From Herbiconiux sp. (GTDB lineage: Bacteria > Actinomycetota > Actinomycetes > Actinomycetales > Microbacteriaceae), in the NCBI RefSeq assembly GCF_004297105.1, contig NZ_SCVE01000018.1:12668-76667 (forward strand): a DNA stretch of 64,000 bases, in the 5' to 3' direction. Position numbers and translations under genes: made by a program. Numbering within the stretch: the first letter of the stretch is position 1; each line of letters begins with the position of its first letter. Below are positions 1-9,915 of the stretch, piece after piece. Below the pieces are notes generated by a model that saw nothing but the letters and a program-made list of their open reading frames with translations, did no database searches and was not told the DNA's origin.

Positions 1-731
1 ACAGCTCCCCCGAACATGCCGGAGTGGGAGGCGTGCGCGAGCGTCGACACCGTGAGGCGGAAGGTGACATTGCCGCGGAGGCTGACCGTGAGCGAGGGGG
101 TCGCCTCGTTCCAGTTGTCGGAGTCGGCCACCACGATGACGTCGGCGGCGAGGCGCTGCTTGTTCTCGGCGAGGAAGTTCGCGAAGGAGCGGGAGCCGAA
201 CTCCTCCTCCCCCTCGATGAACACCACGAGTCCGAGGTCGAAGTCGTCACCCGCCACCTCGCGCAGCGCTCGCACGGCGGCGAGGTGCGAGACCACACCC
301 GCTTTGTCGTCGGCGGCTCCACGGCCGTAGAGGCGGTCGCCCCGGATGGTGGGCTCGAAGGGCGGGGACTGCCAGTCGGCATCCTGACCGGGGGGCTGCA
401 CGTCGTGGTGGGCATAGAGGAGAACGGTGGGCCGGCCGTTCCTGGCGGCGCGGGTGGCGAGCACGGCCGGCTGGCCGCTCTCGCCCGATGACGTCGTGGA
501 ATTCAGGATGTCGACCGCGTCGAACACCCCGGTTTCGCGGAAGAGGCCCGCGACGGCATCGGCACTGGCCGCCACATGGGCCGGGTCGAACGCACTCCAG
601 GAGACCGAGGGGATGCGCACCAGGTCGGTGAGATCGGCGATGCTCGCCGGCAGGGCCAGCCGCACCGACTCGGCGATGGCCGCCTCCCGGCCGGAAGCCT
701 GGGAGAACGGAGGGACGTCTTGGTCGATCAT
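1..731 (-). CDS. M20-family metallopeptidase/dipeptidase (N-terminal ~243 aa; C-terminus lies outside the window)
   Basis: Absent from the ORF track because there is no in-window stop. Reverse translation from ATG 731-729 reads MIDQDVPPFSQASGREAAIAES...LVRIPSVSW...LLYAHHDVQPPG...LYGRGAADDKAG...VVFIEGEEEFGS, the M20 metal-ligand blocks. Confidence 0.8.
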   Translation of the reverse strand, partial: MIDQDVPPFSQASGREAAIAESVRLALPASIADLTDLVRIPSVSWSAFDPAHVAASADAVAGLFRETGVFDAVDILNSTTSSGESGQPAVLATRAARNGRPTVLLYAHHDVQPPGQDADWQSPPFEPTIRGDRLYGRGAADDKAGVVSHLAAVRALREVAGDDFDLGLVVFIEGEEEFGSRSFANFLAENKQRLAADVIVVADSDNWNEATPSLTVSLRGNVTFRLTVSTLAHASHSGMFGGA

Positions 732-767
732 GCAGGTAATCTTAAGAGATCAACGAACGAGGACACC

Positions 768-1343
768 GTGGCTAAGAAATCATCTCCGACCGACGCCGTC
801 ATCGAACCTCCTGTGGAGGAGCAGACGATCACCGGCAAGGGACACGCGACACCCACCCGCAAGGAGCGCGAAGCCGCGAACCTGCGCCCGCTCGTGCCCA
901 CCGACCGCAAAGAGGCGTCGAAGGACTACAAGCGCCGCCAGCAGGAGGCGCGCGAGAAGGCCCGCATCGGCATGGCCAACGGTGACGAGAAGTACCTGCC
1001 CGCCCGAGACAGGGGCCCGCAGAAGAAGTACGTGCGCGACTACGTCGACGCGCGTTTCAACATCGGCGAGATCCTCATCCCCGTCATGTTCATCGTCATC
1101 CTGCTGACGCTCATCCCGTCGCAGGAGCTCCAGTCGGGCGGCATGCTCGGCCTGTACGCCTTCGTGGTGCTCGTGATCGTCGACTGCGTGCTCCTCGGCT
1201 TCCGGCTGAACAAGAAGCTGCGCGAGAAGTTCGGGGCCGACAAGGTGGAGCGCATCCGCTGGTACGCCACCATGCGCGCCGTACAGTTCCGTCGTCTTCG
1301 CCTGCCGAAGCCGCAGGTGAAGCGCGGCGAGTTCCCCAAGTAG
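768..1343 (+). CDS. DUF3043-type membrane protein
   Basis: In frame with track ORF 576..1343. GTG at 768 follows a GAGGA Shine-Dalgarno. Basic N-terminus (TPTRKEREAANLRPLVP), two TM helices (ILIPVMFIVILLTLI, LYAFVVLVIVDCVLLGF) and the RWYATMRAVQ tail are typical of actinobacterial DUF3043. The start codon choice is inferred. Confidence 0.75.
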   Translation: MAKKSSPTDAVIEPPVEEQTITGKGHATPTRKEREAANLRPLVPTDRKEASKDYKRRQQEAREKARIGMANGDEKYLPARDRGPQKKYVRDYVDARFNIGEILIPVMFIVILLTLIPSQELQSGGMLGLYAFVVLVIVDCVLLGFRLNKKLREKFGADKVERIRWYATMRAVQFRRLRLPKPQVKRGEFPK

Positions 1344-1361
1344 CGCGCTGCGCTCGCGGGG

Positions 1362-2411
1362 TCAGAGCTCGGGCGTCCTCGTCGTGCGGAGCCGGGCGAG
1401 CCCGAGATTGATCTGGCGCGCCCAGAACGGGCCCCGGTAGAGGAACGCGGTGTAGCCCTGCACCAGGGTCGCGCCCGCAAGGAGCCGCTGATCGACGTCG
1501 TAGGCCGTGTCGACGCCGCCGACGGAGATCACGCAGAGCTCGCGGGGCACGACCGACCGGATGATGCGGAGCACCTCGAGCGCCCGGCTCGCCAGTGGGG
1601 CTCCCGAGAGCCCGCCGGCACCGGCCGCCTCGACGACCGCGGCATCCGTCTTCAGACCCTCCCGGGAGAGGGTGGTGTTCGTGGCGATGATGCCATCGAG
1701 GCCGAGTTCCACGGCGAGGGCCGCGATGGCACGCACCTCGTCGTCGCTCAGATCGGGAGCGATCTTCACGAGGAGGGGTGTCGCACGCGCCTCCGCCTTC
1801 ACCGCACTGAGGAGCGGCGCGAGTTTGTCGATCTCCTGCAGGCCGCGCAGGCCGGGAGTGTTGGGCGATGACACATTGACCACGAGGTAGTCGGCCATCG
1901 GGGCCAGCGCGCGAGCGCTCTGCAGGTAGTCGTCGATCGCATCCTCGACGTCGACCACGCGGCTCTTGCCGATGTTGACGCCGATCACGGGACGCTCGTG
2001 GCGCAGCGATCGTACCCGGGCGAGCCGGAGTGACGCGGCCGCCGCTCCCCCGTTGTTGAAGCCCATGCGGTTGATCACGGCACGATCGGGCACGAGCCGG
2101 AAGAGGCGGGGCCGCGGGTTGCCCGGCTGGGCACGCGCCGTGATGGTGCCCACCTCGACGTGCCCGAATCCGAGTGCCCCGAATCCGCGGATGCCCTTGG
2201 CGTCTTTGTCGAACCCGGCGGCGAGGCCGAACGGGGTCGGGAACCGACGGCCGAGGGTGTGCACCGACAGGTCGACCGGAGCCTTCGTCAGGCGCGTGAA
2301 CACGCCGTCGAGCCGGAGCTTCGGGATGGCGGTGATGACCGAGAAGGCGAGGTGGTGGGCGCGCTCGGGATCCATCCGCGACAGCACGTGCCGGAAGAGG
2401 AGTTCGTACAT
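1362..2411 (-). CDS. pyrD: dihydroorotate dehydrogenase (quinone), class 2
   Basis: 349 aa: LAAGFDKDA, GFGHVEVGTITARAQPGNPRPRLFRL, INRMGFNN, VNIGKS, NVSSPNTPGLR, IATNTT, GGLSG. These are canonical PyrD blocks. Confidence 0.95.
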   Translation of the reverse strand: MYELLFRHVLSRMDPERAHHLAFSVITAIPKLRLDGVFTRLTKAPVDLSVHTLGRRFPTPFGLAAGFDKDAKGIRGFGALGFGHVEVGTITARAQPGNPRPRLFRLVPDRAVINRMGFNNGGAAAASLRLARVRSLRHERPVIGVNIGKSRVVDVEDAIDDYLQSARALAPMADYLVVNVSSPNTPGLRGLQEIDKLAPLLSAVKAEARATPLLVKIAPDLSDDEVRAIAALAVELGLDGIIATNTTLSREGLKTDAAVVEAAGAGGLSGAPLASRALEVLRIIRSVVPRELCVISVGGVDTAYDVDQRLLAGATLVQGYTAFLYRGPFWARQINLGLARLRTTRTPEL

Positions 2412-2417
2412 CGGCGG

Positions 2418-2924
2418 CTAACCGGCCGAACCGGATGCACCGGTCGAGCCGCCTGTCGCCTCATCCTGCTCGGCGTGCTGATGCTCCACCCGAAGCAGCG
2501 TGATGGCCGCCTCGAAGTCGTCGAGCGAGTCGAACCCCTGGTAGACGCTGGCGAACCGCAGGTAGGCCACCTCGTCGAGCTCACGCAGTGGCTGAAGGAT
2601 GGCGAGGCCGATGTCGTTGGCCTCGATCTGTGCCGCGCCGGAGAGCCGTACCGTCTCTTCGACGCGCTGGGCGAGAACGGCCAGGTCGCTGTCGGTGACG
2701 GGCCGCCCCTGGCAGGCCTTGCGCACACCGCTCACGATCTTCTCGCGCGAGAAGGGCTCGACCACACCGGAGCGCTTGATGACGTTGAGGCTGGCGGTCT
2801 CGGTGGTGCTGAACCGCCGGCCGCAATCGGGACACTGGCGGCGTCGGCGGATGGCGAGACCGTCGTCGGTGGTGCGCGAATCGACGACGCGGGAGTCGGG
2901 GTAGCGGCAGTAAGGGCAATACAT
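2418..2924 (-). CDS. nrdR: transcriptional repressor NrdR (zinc ribbon + ATP-cone)
   Basis: [17 protein letters not shown]...[17 protein letters not shown] then ATP-cone ([23 protein letters not shown]). Lies 6 nt upstream of pyrD on the same strand. Confidence 0.95.
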   Translation of the reverse strand: MYCPYCRYPDSRVVDSRTTDDGLAIRRRRQCPDCGRRFSTTETASLNVIKRSGVVEPFSREKIVSGVRKACQGRPVTDSDLAVLAQRVEETVRLSGAAQIEANDIGLAILQPLRELDEVAYLRFASVYQGFDSLDDFEAAITLLRVEHQHAEQDEATGGSTGASGSAG

Positions 2925-2979
2925 GGCGTGCCAATCGTACCGGGCCGTCGTGGGGTGTCGGCCGACGCACGCTGCTGAC

Positions 2980-5304
2980 TCAGACTTCGGGCAGGAGAAC
3001 CGTCTCCGCCACGGCCGCTGCGGCGATCGCCGACGCCGAGAAGAGCAACGGGCGAGTGGCGTCGGCGAGCCACTCGGCGAACTGGTCGCGGGCTGCAGAG
3101 CTCTCGAGGTCGCCGTGCTGCCCGGGTGAGTTGATGTAGACCGAACGGTCCCAGTCGCCCACCTCCATCACCACGCGGGTGTTGGCGCCGAGAGTCTGCA
3201 CCCCGTCGGCGCCGAAGGCCACACCCACGGTGTCGGAGCTGCCGTTCTTCGGGTGGCGGCCCGTGTCGGTGAGTTCTGCCGCGATGCCGGGTACGCCGTG
3301 CAGCGGATGCTTCAGGTGCGACACGTGGGCCGCGCCCCACGCCCACCCTGCAGCGTCACCGAACTCCGAGCTCAGCTCCCGCACGGTCGCCGCCAGGGTC
3401 TGCTCGATGAGGTGCCGGGTCGAGCGGAACGTGGTGGAGGGCGCCCAGGAGGCGCTCTCGGCGAGGAGCGCGATGTCGGGACGGGGGTCTCCGAGGGTCA
3501 TCCGGCGCACGTCGAGGAGGATGGCCGTGGCCTGGTCGGCAGCGCCCGGCGCGAGGCGACGGCCCGCCTCCGCGCGGATCCGGCGGGGCAGGTGCCGGTA
3601 GAGCCACCGGTCGAAGATCAGGGCGGCGCGCGAGTCGATGGTGGTCTGCCGGTTCCAGGCGACGATCTCGGCGCGCGCGAATTCGGCGTCCTCCTCGGCG
3701 AACGGGGTGGCGAGGTGGCCGATGACGTCGGCGACCGACTCGGTGAGGTAGTCGTTCTGCAACGCGGCAGACGACTCGACGTCCCAGTCGGAACGTTCGC
3801 CGAGAGCGGCGGCGAGGCGACGGGCCCGGAAGCCGGAGTACCACTCGTACGACGTGGGCCCCCCGGTGTGGTCGGGGTCGTCGGTCAGGTTGTACTGGTT
3901 CGCCGACCGTACCCAGCCCGCCTCCGGGTCGACGATCCGCGGAAGGGTTGCGGCGGTGCGATAGCCGGCCCACTCGTAGCGACCGTCGCCGGGAACCGGC
4001 AGGAGGCCGTCCCAGTTCGGCCGGATCGGCACTCGTCCGGCGCACTGCCAGGCGATCGACCCCGCGGTGTCGGCCACGACGTGATTGAGCACGGGGTTGC
4101 CCCAGCGGTCCAGGCGTTCGAGATAGTCGGCCGTGCTCGTCGCCGACGCCACCGAGATGCTGGCCAGATACGGGGTCATGCCGGCCTCGAGCCATGCCGC
4201 ACGCAGGGCGAACGCCCGCCGAGCGGCCGGGTCGACCCTCAGAACCGGGCCGTGCCGGGTGAACCGCAGCGTGACGGGTTCGGGCTCGGCACCGGCGACG
4301 GGGATCATCTCGACAACGGAGCGGATGCGCTCCCAGCCTCCGTCATAGCGGTAGAGGTCATCGTCGGTGGGGTGCAACTCGTAGACGTAGACGTCCTCGA
4401 GATCGGCGGGGGCGATCGTGATGCCGAACGCGACGTGCGCGTTGTGGCCCGCGGTGACACCGGGCATGTACGGCTCGTTCATGCCGATCACGTCGAACTC
4501 CGGGCAGGAGAGATGGATGACCGTGCGGAGCGACGGGAACGTCATGATGCGGTGCGGGTCGCTCGCCACCACCGGCCGGCCGGTCGCGGTGCGCGATCCG
4601 GCGATGGCCCAGTTGTTGCTTCCGTCGAGCGGACTCGACGCGGGCACCGTCACCCCGGCGGCGGTCGGGAAGACCACCGGGAGGCGAGCGGCCCGGTAGA
4701 CCTCGAGGATGCTCTCATCGATGGCCGTGAGGTCGAGGCCCTCGGGGACCACGGGGCTGACCGCGGGCTCCAGAGGGCGGCGCAGCCGCTCGACATCCGG
4801 CGTCGTCGTGGCGAGGGTGATCGCGCGAGCGACCTCCTCCTCCGCGTTCGCGGTGAGGCCGTGGATGCGGATGCGGGTCACGTCGTCCGGGCTCCAGAGC
4901 TCCGGCCGGTAGCCGAGCGCTCGGAATTCCACCGGCAGATTGGCGGGATCGGCGAGCACCTCCGCGATGCGGGCGTTCACCCCGCGCACGAACGAGTCGA
5001 TGGCCTCGCGTGCTCCCGCGCCGAACTCCGCGGCGCTCTCCCCCGCTTCGTCGCGGGCCAGGAACAGTCGAGCGGCGGCGTCGAGCTCGACGTGGTCCGC
5101 TCCGAGCACGGCGGAGAGCCGTCCGAGACCGCGACGACGCCACAGGTCGATCTGGAAGAGCCGGGCGCGGGCCTGGGCGTACCCCTGGCCGTAATAGACG
5201 TCCGCCGCGCTGTCGGCCGAGACGTGCCAGACACCCCACCGGTCGGTCACGATCCGCACGGGAGACGTGATCCCGGCAACCGTGATGGTGCGATCAGTGG
5301 GCAT
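2980..5304 (-). CDS. penicillin/AHL acylase family Ntn-hydrolase (peptidase S45)
   Basis: 774 aa: [31 protein letters not shown], and the putative beta-subunit nucleophile [10 protein letters not shown]. No N-terminal signal peptide is present in the longest possible ORF. Confidence 0.85.
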   Translation of the reverse strand: MPTDRTITVAGITSPVRIVTDRWGVWHVSADSAADVYYGQGYAQARARLFQIDLWRRRGLGRLSAVLGADHVELDAAARLFLARDEAGESAAEFGAGAREAIDSFVRGVNARIAEVLADPANLPVEFRALGYRPELWSPDDVTRIRIHGLTANAEEEVARAITLATTTPDVERLRRPLEPAVSPVVPEGLDLTAIDESILEVYRAARLPVVFPTAAGVTVPASSPLDGSNNWAIAGSRTATGRPVVASDPHRIMTFPSLRTVIHLSCPEFDVIGMNEPYMPGVTAGHNAHVAFGITIAPADLEDVYVYELHPTDDDLYRYDGGWERIRSVVEMIPVAGAEPEPVTLRFTRHGPVLRVDPAARRAFALRAAWLEAGMTPYLASISVASATSTADYLERLDRWGNPVLNHVVADTAGSIAWQCAGRVPIRPNWDGLLPVPGDGRYEWAGYRTAATLPRIVDPEAGWVRSANQYNLTDDPDHTGGPTSYEWYSGFRARRLAAALGERSDWDVESSAALQNDYLTESVADVIGHLATPFAEEDAEFARAEIVAWNRQTTIDSRAALIFDRWLYRHLPRRIRAEAGRRLAPGAADQATAILLDVRRMTLGDPRPDIALLAESASWAPSTTFRSTRHLIEQTLAATVRELSSEFGDAAGWAWGAAHVSHLKHPLHGVPGIAAELTDTGRHPKNGSSDTVGVAFGADGVQTLGANTRVVMEVGDWDRSVYINSPGQHGDLESSAARDQFAEWLADATRPLLFSASAIAAAAVAETVLLPEV

Positions 5305-5337
5305 CGGTTATCACGATATCGAATCTGCTTCTCATCC

Positions 5338-5364
5338 GGTGCGGATCTGCGCGATCCGTGCACC
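5338..5364 (-). terminator. GC-rich stem-loop between the photolyase gene and the acylase gene
   Basis: ggtgcggatc-tgcgc-gatccgtgcacc forms 6 bp + 2-nt bulge + 4 bp with a 5-nt loop. It sits in the 82-nt gap after the photolyase stop (5387). No U-tract. Confidence 0.3.
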
Positions 5365-5386
5365 GCGCAGGCAGCCAAGCCGCCGC

Positions 5387-6871
5387 TCACCAGCGGTCGC
5401 GGTTGTTCTCCTGGTCGACAATGGCGGCGCGATCGGCGAGCCGTCGCAACCCGGCGAGCGGCTGAGCCATGCGGCTGTTGCTCCGGATGCGCGGCTCCAC
5501 CCGGTCGAGAAACGCCCAGTAGCCCGCCGTGAACGGGCAGGCGTTCTCGCCGAGGCGCACCTTCGGGTCGAACGCGCATCCGCCGCAGTAGTCGGACATC
5601 TTCGAGATGTACGCGCCGCCGGAGACGTAGGGTTTCGTGGCGACGACGCCACCGTCGGCGTGCTGGGACATGCCGATGACATTCGCCGGCATCACCCACG
5701 GAGTGCCATCGACGAACATGTCGACGAACCAGTCATTGAGCGCGACGGGATCGTAGCCGTGCTGCAATGCCCAGTTGCCGAGCACCATGAGCCGCTGGAT
5801 GTGGTGCGCCCAGCCGTGCCGGCGCATCCCGTCGATGGTCTCGCGGAGGCAGTTCGATTCGATCGCCGCCGGGTCGAGTCGGGTGAACGCCTCCGGGAGC
5901 GGGTTGTGCGCCCCGAGTGCGTTGTTGGTGGTGCGGTACGGCTCGCCGAGATACCAGTAGAGGTGCCAGACGTAGTCGCGCCAGCCCATGATCTGGCGCA
6001 CGAAGCCCTCAACGCTCGAGAGCGGCGCCCGCCCGGCGGCGTGCTCGGCGGCGACGGTCTGGATGGCCTCGACGGGGTCGAGCAGCCCGAGGTTGAGGGG
6101 CACGCTGAGGAGCGAGTGCGCCATCGTCCAGTCGCCACTGAGCATCGCGTCTTCGAACGGTCCGAAGTCGCCGAGCCGCGCCTCGACGAAGTCGGCGAGG
6201 GCCCGCTCGGCCTCCGCGGGGGTGACGGCGAACCGGCGGGGACCGTCGTCGCCCACCAGCTGCACCAGCCCGTCGGCCTGCCAGCGGTCGAGATCGGCGC
6301 GCACCTGCTGGTCGATCTCGTCCTCGACCGGCCAGCACGGCTCCGGCAGCCCCAGGCGGGCCGCATTCTTCGGCGGCGGGTTGCGATTGTCGTGATCGAG
6401 GTTCCAGCGGCCTCCCTCGGGCTGATCGCCGCGCATGAGGATGCCGGTGCGCTCCCGCACCCCGCGGTAGAAGTCTTCCAGCAGCAATCTCTTTCCGGTT
6501 CGCGAGTCCGCCCAGGTGCGGAAATCCTCCTCCGCGGTCACGAACCCCCGGCTCGGGAGGATCGCGATGGGACGCCGCCGCACGAAGCGCCGGGCGGACC
6601 AGGATGTCGGGTCGATGACCTCGAGGTCGGTTCGGCCGTCGACGACCTCGGAATACCGCTCGACCTGGTGATACTCCACGCGGTCGCCGAGTTCGGCCGC
6701 ACGGTGCCTCAGGGCCGAGAGCACCAGGTGGGCCTTCGCGCGGTGCATCGGCCGGCGGCCGAACACCGATCTCGCCTCGACGATCATCATCGGACCGCCG
6801 TCGTCGAACAGGGGTCCGAGCTGGCCGGCGACGATCCAGCGGGTGGGGGCCGGAGAGATCGGCGCGCTCAC
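5387..6871 (-). CDS. Fe-S bacterial cryptochrome/photolyase (FeS-BCP; CryB/PhrB-like (6-4) photolyase, COG3046)
   Basis: 494 aa with the COG3046 N-terminus (IVAGQLGP...MIVEARSVFGRRPMHRAKAHLVLSALRH). WAHHIQRLMVLGN block. Four-Cys pattern NC...(~87 aa)...YCGGCAFDPKVRLGENAC, i.e. C-x2-C-x12-C, as in the [4Fe-4S] site of PhrB/CryB. GTG start overlaps the response-regulator stop (GTGA at 6868-6871). Confidence 0.85.
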   Translation of the reverse strand: MSAPISPAPTRWIVAGQLGPLFDDGGPMMIVEARSVFGRRPMHRAKAHLVLSALRHRAAELGDRVEYHQVERYSEVVDGRTDLEVIDPTSWSARRFVRRRPIAILPSRGFVTAEEDFRTWADSRTGKRLLLEDFYRGVRERTGILMRGDQPEGGRWNLDHDNRNPPPKNAARLGLPEPCWPVEDEIDQQVRADLDRWQADGLVQLVGDDGPRRFAVTPAEAERALADFVEARLGDFGPFEDAMLSGDWTMAHSLLSVPLNLGLLDPVEAIQTVAAEHAAGRAPLSSVEGFVRQIMGWRDYVWHLYWYLGEPYRTTNNALGAHNPLPEAFTRLDPAAIESNCLRETIDGMRRHGWAHHIQRLMVLGNWALQHGYDPVALNDWFVDMFVDGTPWVMPANVIGMSQHADGGVVATKPYVSGGAYISKMSDYCGGCAFDPKVRLGENACPFTAGYWAFLDRVEPRIRSNSRMAQPLAGLRRLADRAAIVDQENNRDRW

Positions 6872-7494
6872 CGCAGGATGCCTCGCGCCCGCGCCTCGGA
6901 GACGGCCGCGGTGCGCGACGACACGTCGAGCTTCGAGAAGATGTGGGCGAGGTGCGACTTCACGGTCGTCTCGCTCACGAACAGTGCCGCTGCGATCTCG
7001 GTGTTCGAACGGCCCGCGGCCACGAGGTCGAGCACCTCGATCTCGCGTGAGCTGAGACTCACGCGCGGTGACCGCATCCGGTCGAGCAGCCGCGTGGCGA
7101 TCACGGGGGCGAGCGCGCTCTCGCCGGCCGCCGCCGCGCGCACGGCCGCGATGAGCTCGTGCGGAGGCGCATCCTTCAGCAGGTAGCCGCTCGCCCCCGC
7201 CTCGACCGCACCGAGGATGTCGGCATCCGAGTCGTAGTTCGTGAGCACCAGCACGTAGGGCGGCGCGTCGAGCTGCCGGATGCGACGGGTCGCGTCGGCG
7301 CCCGTGACCCCGCCGCGGGGCCCGAACTGCAGATCCATCAGCACGATGTCGGGATTCTCGGTGGCTGCCGCGCGCACCGCATCATCGGGAGTCGCCGCCT
7401 CCGCGACGACCTCGATGTCGTCTTCGAGAGCGAACAGTGCCGTCAAGCCGGCGCGCACGATGGGGTGGTCATCGGCCACCACGAGCCGGATCAC
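6868..7494 (-). CDS. two-component response regulator, NarL/LuxR family
   Basis: 208 aa. Receiver (VVADDHPIVR, DIVLMDL, VLVLT, GASGYLLKD) plus LuxR HTH (LSSREIEVLDLVAAGRSNTEIAAALFVSETTVKSHLAHIFSKL). GTG start overlaps the kinase stop (7491-7494). Confidence 0.93.
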   Translation of the reverse strand: MIRLVVADDHPIVRAGLTALFALEDDIEVVAEAATPDDAVRAAATENPDIVLMDLQFGPRGGVTGADATRRIRQLDAPPYVLVLTNYDSDADILGAVEAGASGYLLKDAPPHELIAAVRAAAAGESALAPVIATRLLDRMRSPRVSLSSREIEVLDLVAAGRSNTEIAAALFVSETTVKSHLAHIFSKLDVSSRTAAVSEARARGILR

Positions 7495-8678
7495 GGCGCC
7501 GCCTCGAGCGACAAGGCCACCGACAGCGTCGTGCCGGCACCCGGCGCCGTGTCGACCGAGACGACTCCCCCGAGCTGCTCCACACGTTCGCGGGTGGCCC
7601 TCAGGCCGAACGAGTCCGACGAGCTGCCACCCTGCTCGGCGGCGACGGGATCGAAGCCGTCTCCGTCATCGGAGATCGTGAAGTGCAGCTCATCCCGGTG
7701 GATCGTCATCGTGATCGTGGCCGACCGGGCGTGCGCGTGCTGGATCACATTGGCGACCGCTCCCTGCGCGATGCGAAGCAGCGCGGTCTGCAGGTGCATG
7801 GGCAACGGGATCGCATCGGAGACGCGCACGGTCACGTCGAGACCCTGGGCCGCCCACTGCGACGACGAGAGCCGGCGCAGAGCACCCCCGAGCCCCTCGT
7901 CGTCGAGCTGCGGAGGGGTGAGTTCGCGGATGAACCGGCGCGCGTCGGCGAGACTCACCGCTGCGGTCTCGCGGGCGAGGCGGATGTGCTCGATGCCGGG
8001 CCTCTCGGGGTCGGCGCGCTCGGCGGCGTGGAGCAGCATCTGGATGCTCGACAGCCCCTGGGCGACGGTGTCGTGGATCTCCCTGGCCAGTCGGGCGCGC
8101 TCCGCGAGCACCCCCGCCTCGTGCTCGGTGGCCGCCAGTCGGTCGCGGGTGTCGAGCAGCTCCTGCATCAGCCCCTCGCGCTGAGCCGCTTCGCGCGCCA
8201 ACGCCTGGTAGCCGAGACCGATCAGCAGGGCGACCCCGGCCCCCACGAGCGGCCCGACGACGCCGCCCACCGTGAAGCCCCCGTGCACGCCGAGCGCACC
8301 GATCGCCACCGCGGTCGCCACCACGATGGCGGCGGAACCCCACCAGCGCCCGAGCAGGTGCAGGAAGAGGAAGAAGAGAGGGAACACGAGATACGCGGCC
8401 TCGGGCGTCAGCCACACCAGGACGATCCATTCGACCGTCAGCACCCCCAGCCAGAGGAGTGCGAGTCGACGGCCGCGGCCGCGACCCGGGCGCGCGGCGA
8501 CGGCCCCGAACGCGTAGGTGAGCAGGAACACCACCGAGAGCGCGATGACGAGACCCGCGTGCCCGCTCGGCGGCACCACGATCGCACGAACGATCACGAG
8601 CGCCGTCAGCGCCACCACCAGCACGTGCAGGCCGGTGCGCAGACCCACGAAGACCGGGGTCAGCGCGGTATGGGTCAT
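7491..8678 (-). CDS. sensor histidine kinase, HisKA_3 type, membrane-embedded sensor
   Basis: Trimmed from track ORF 7491..9305 to Met210 (MTHTALTPVF...). About 5 TM helices with no sizeable extracytoplasmic loop, H-box LAREIHDTVAQGLS, and HATPase_c (DDGDGF, GLRATRERV..LGG). Confidence 0.88.
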   Translation of the reverse strand: MTHTALTPVFVGLRTGLHVLVVALTALVIVRAIVVPPSGHAGLVIALSVVFLLTYAFGAVAARPGRGRGRRLALLWLGVLTVEWIVLVWLTPEAAYLVFPLFFLFLHLLGRWWGSAAIVVATAVAIGALGVHGGFTVGGVVGPLVGAGVALLIGLGYQALAREAAQREGLMQELLDTRDRLAATEHEAGVLAERARLAREIHDTVAQGLSSIQMLLHAAERADPERPGIEHIRLARETAAVSLADARRFIRELTPPQLDDEGLGGALRRLSSSQWAAQGLDVTVRVSDAIPLPMHLQTALLRIAQGAVANVIQHAHARSATITMTIHRDELHFTISDDGDGFDPVAAEQGGSSSDSFGLRATRERVEQLGGVVSVDTAPGAGTTLSVALSLEAAP

Positions 8679-8844
8679 GGGCTGAATTTTACGCGTCCGG
8701 CCTCCGCCACCCATCCTCCGAAAGGACGAGAGACGGATCGGCCGTTCGGGCGCGCGACACCGTGCAGAGGGGCGATGACCGCGGCGGCGGCGCACGAGAC
8801 CGTGGGGTGTCGCCTCATCCGGCGACCGGAAAGGACCCCCACCC

Positions 8845-9915
8845 ATGTTCGTCGCCCTTCGCGACCTCCGTTTCGCCCGCGGCCGCTTCGCCTTGATCGC
8901 CTCGGTGGTGGCACTCATCACCGTGCTCGTGGGCTTCCTGAGCGGGCTGACGGGAGGACTCGCCACGCAGAACGTCTCCGCCGTGCTCGATCTCCCTGCC
9001 GATCGTCTCGTCTTCTCGGCACCCGGACCGGGCGACAGCGGCCCGTCGTTCTCCGACTCGTCCGTGACGGAGCAGCAGACTGAGGCATGGGCCTCGACCC
9101 CCGGCGTGCTCGCCGCCGAACCGATCGGCATCAGCCAGACCCGCGCCGAGGCCGGCGACACCCGCGCCGCGATCGCCGTGTTCGGGGTGCCCCCGGGGTT
9201 CAGCGGAACGGGGCCGACCGACGACGACGCATTGTCCCTCTCCGTGCCTGCCGCCGATGCTCTCGGGGTGACGCTGGGCGACGAGGTCGTGATCGCCGGA
9301 ACCACCTACACCGTCGAGTCGGTGGCGGGAGACGGATGGTACAGCCACACGCCCCTGGTGCAGATGACGCTGCCCGCCTGGCAGGCCCTCGCGGCCTCCA
9401 CCGGCAGCCCGGACGCCTACGCCACCGTGCTCGCGGTCACGGGCGATCCCGACTGGAGCGCGACGGATGCCACGACCACGACCATGTCGCAGACCCCGCT
9501 CGCCTCGCTCACGGCGTTGAGCGCCTTCCGGTCGGAGATCGGATCGCTGCTGCTCATGGTGGCCATGCTCTTCGGCATCTCCGCGCTCGTGATCGGCGCC
9601 TTCTTCACCGTCTGGACCATGCAGCGTCGCGCCGACATCGCCGTGCTCAAGGCCCTCGGTGCCAGCACCGCCTCCCTCGTGCGCGACGCTCTCGGGCAGG
9701 CGCTGGTCGTGCTCGTGCTGGGCATCGGCGTCGGCCTGCTCGTCGTGGCGGGTGCCGGTTCTCTCGCAGGATCGGCCCTGCCGTTCCTGCTCAGCCCTCT
9801 CACCACTCTTCTCCCCGGCGCGATCATGATCGTGCTGGGACTCGCCGGGGCAGCCTTCGCCCTCCGTTCCGTCACCTCCGCCGACCCCCTCACCGCCCTC
9901 GGGAGCAACCGATGA
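8845..9915 (+). CDS. ABC transporter permease, FtsX/MacB-like (4 TM with extracytoplasmic domain)
   Basis: MFVALRDLRFARGRFALIASVVALITVLVG, ~200-aa loop, then three C-terminal TM helices (LLMVAMLFGISALVIGAFF..., ADIAVLKALGAS). Divergent from the kinase gene. Confidence 0.85.
   Translation: MFVALRDLRFARGRFALIASVVALITVLVGFLSGLTGGLATQNVSAVLDLPADRLVFSAPGPGDSGPSFSDSSVTEQQTEAWASTPGVLAAEPIGISQTRAEAGDTRAAIAVFGVPPGFSGTGPTDDDALSLSVPAADALGVTLGDEVVIAGTTYTVESVAGDGWYSHTPLVQMTLPAWQALAASTGSPDAYATVLAVTGDPDWSATDATTTTMSQTPLASLTALSAFRSEIGSLLLMVAMLFGISALVIGAFFTVWTMQRRADIAVLKALGASTASLVRDALGQALVVLVLGIGVGLLVVAGAGSLAGSALPFLLSPLTTLLPGAIMIVLGLAGAAFALRSVTSADPLTALGSNR

Noticed and set aside
3253-7186. Plus-strand ORFs of 759 aa (3253..5532) and 639 aa (5267..7186).
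   Set aside because: They are antisense to the penicillin-acylase and photolyase genes, low in complexity, and without start-site support.
7491-9305. 604-aa version of the histidine kinase.
   Set aside because: The N-terminal 209 aa would cross the divergent promoter and overlap the ABC permease gene. The TM sensor domain starts at Met210 (8678).
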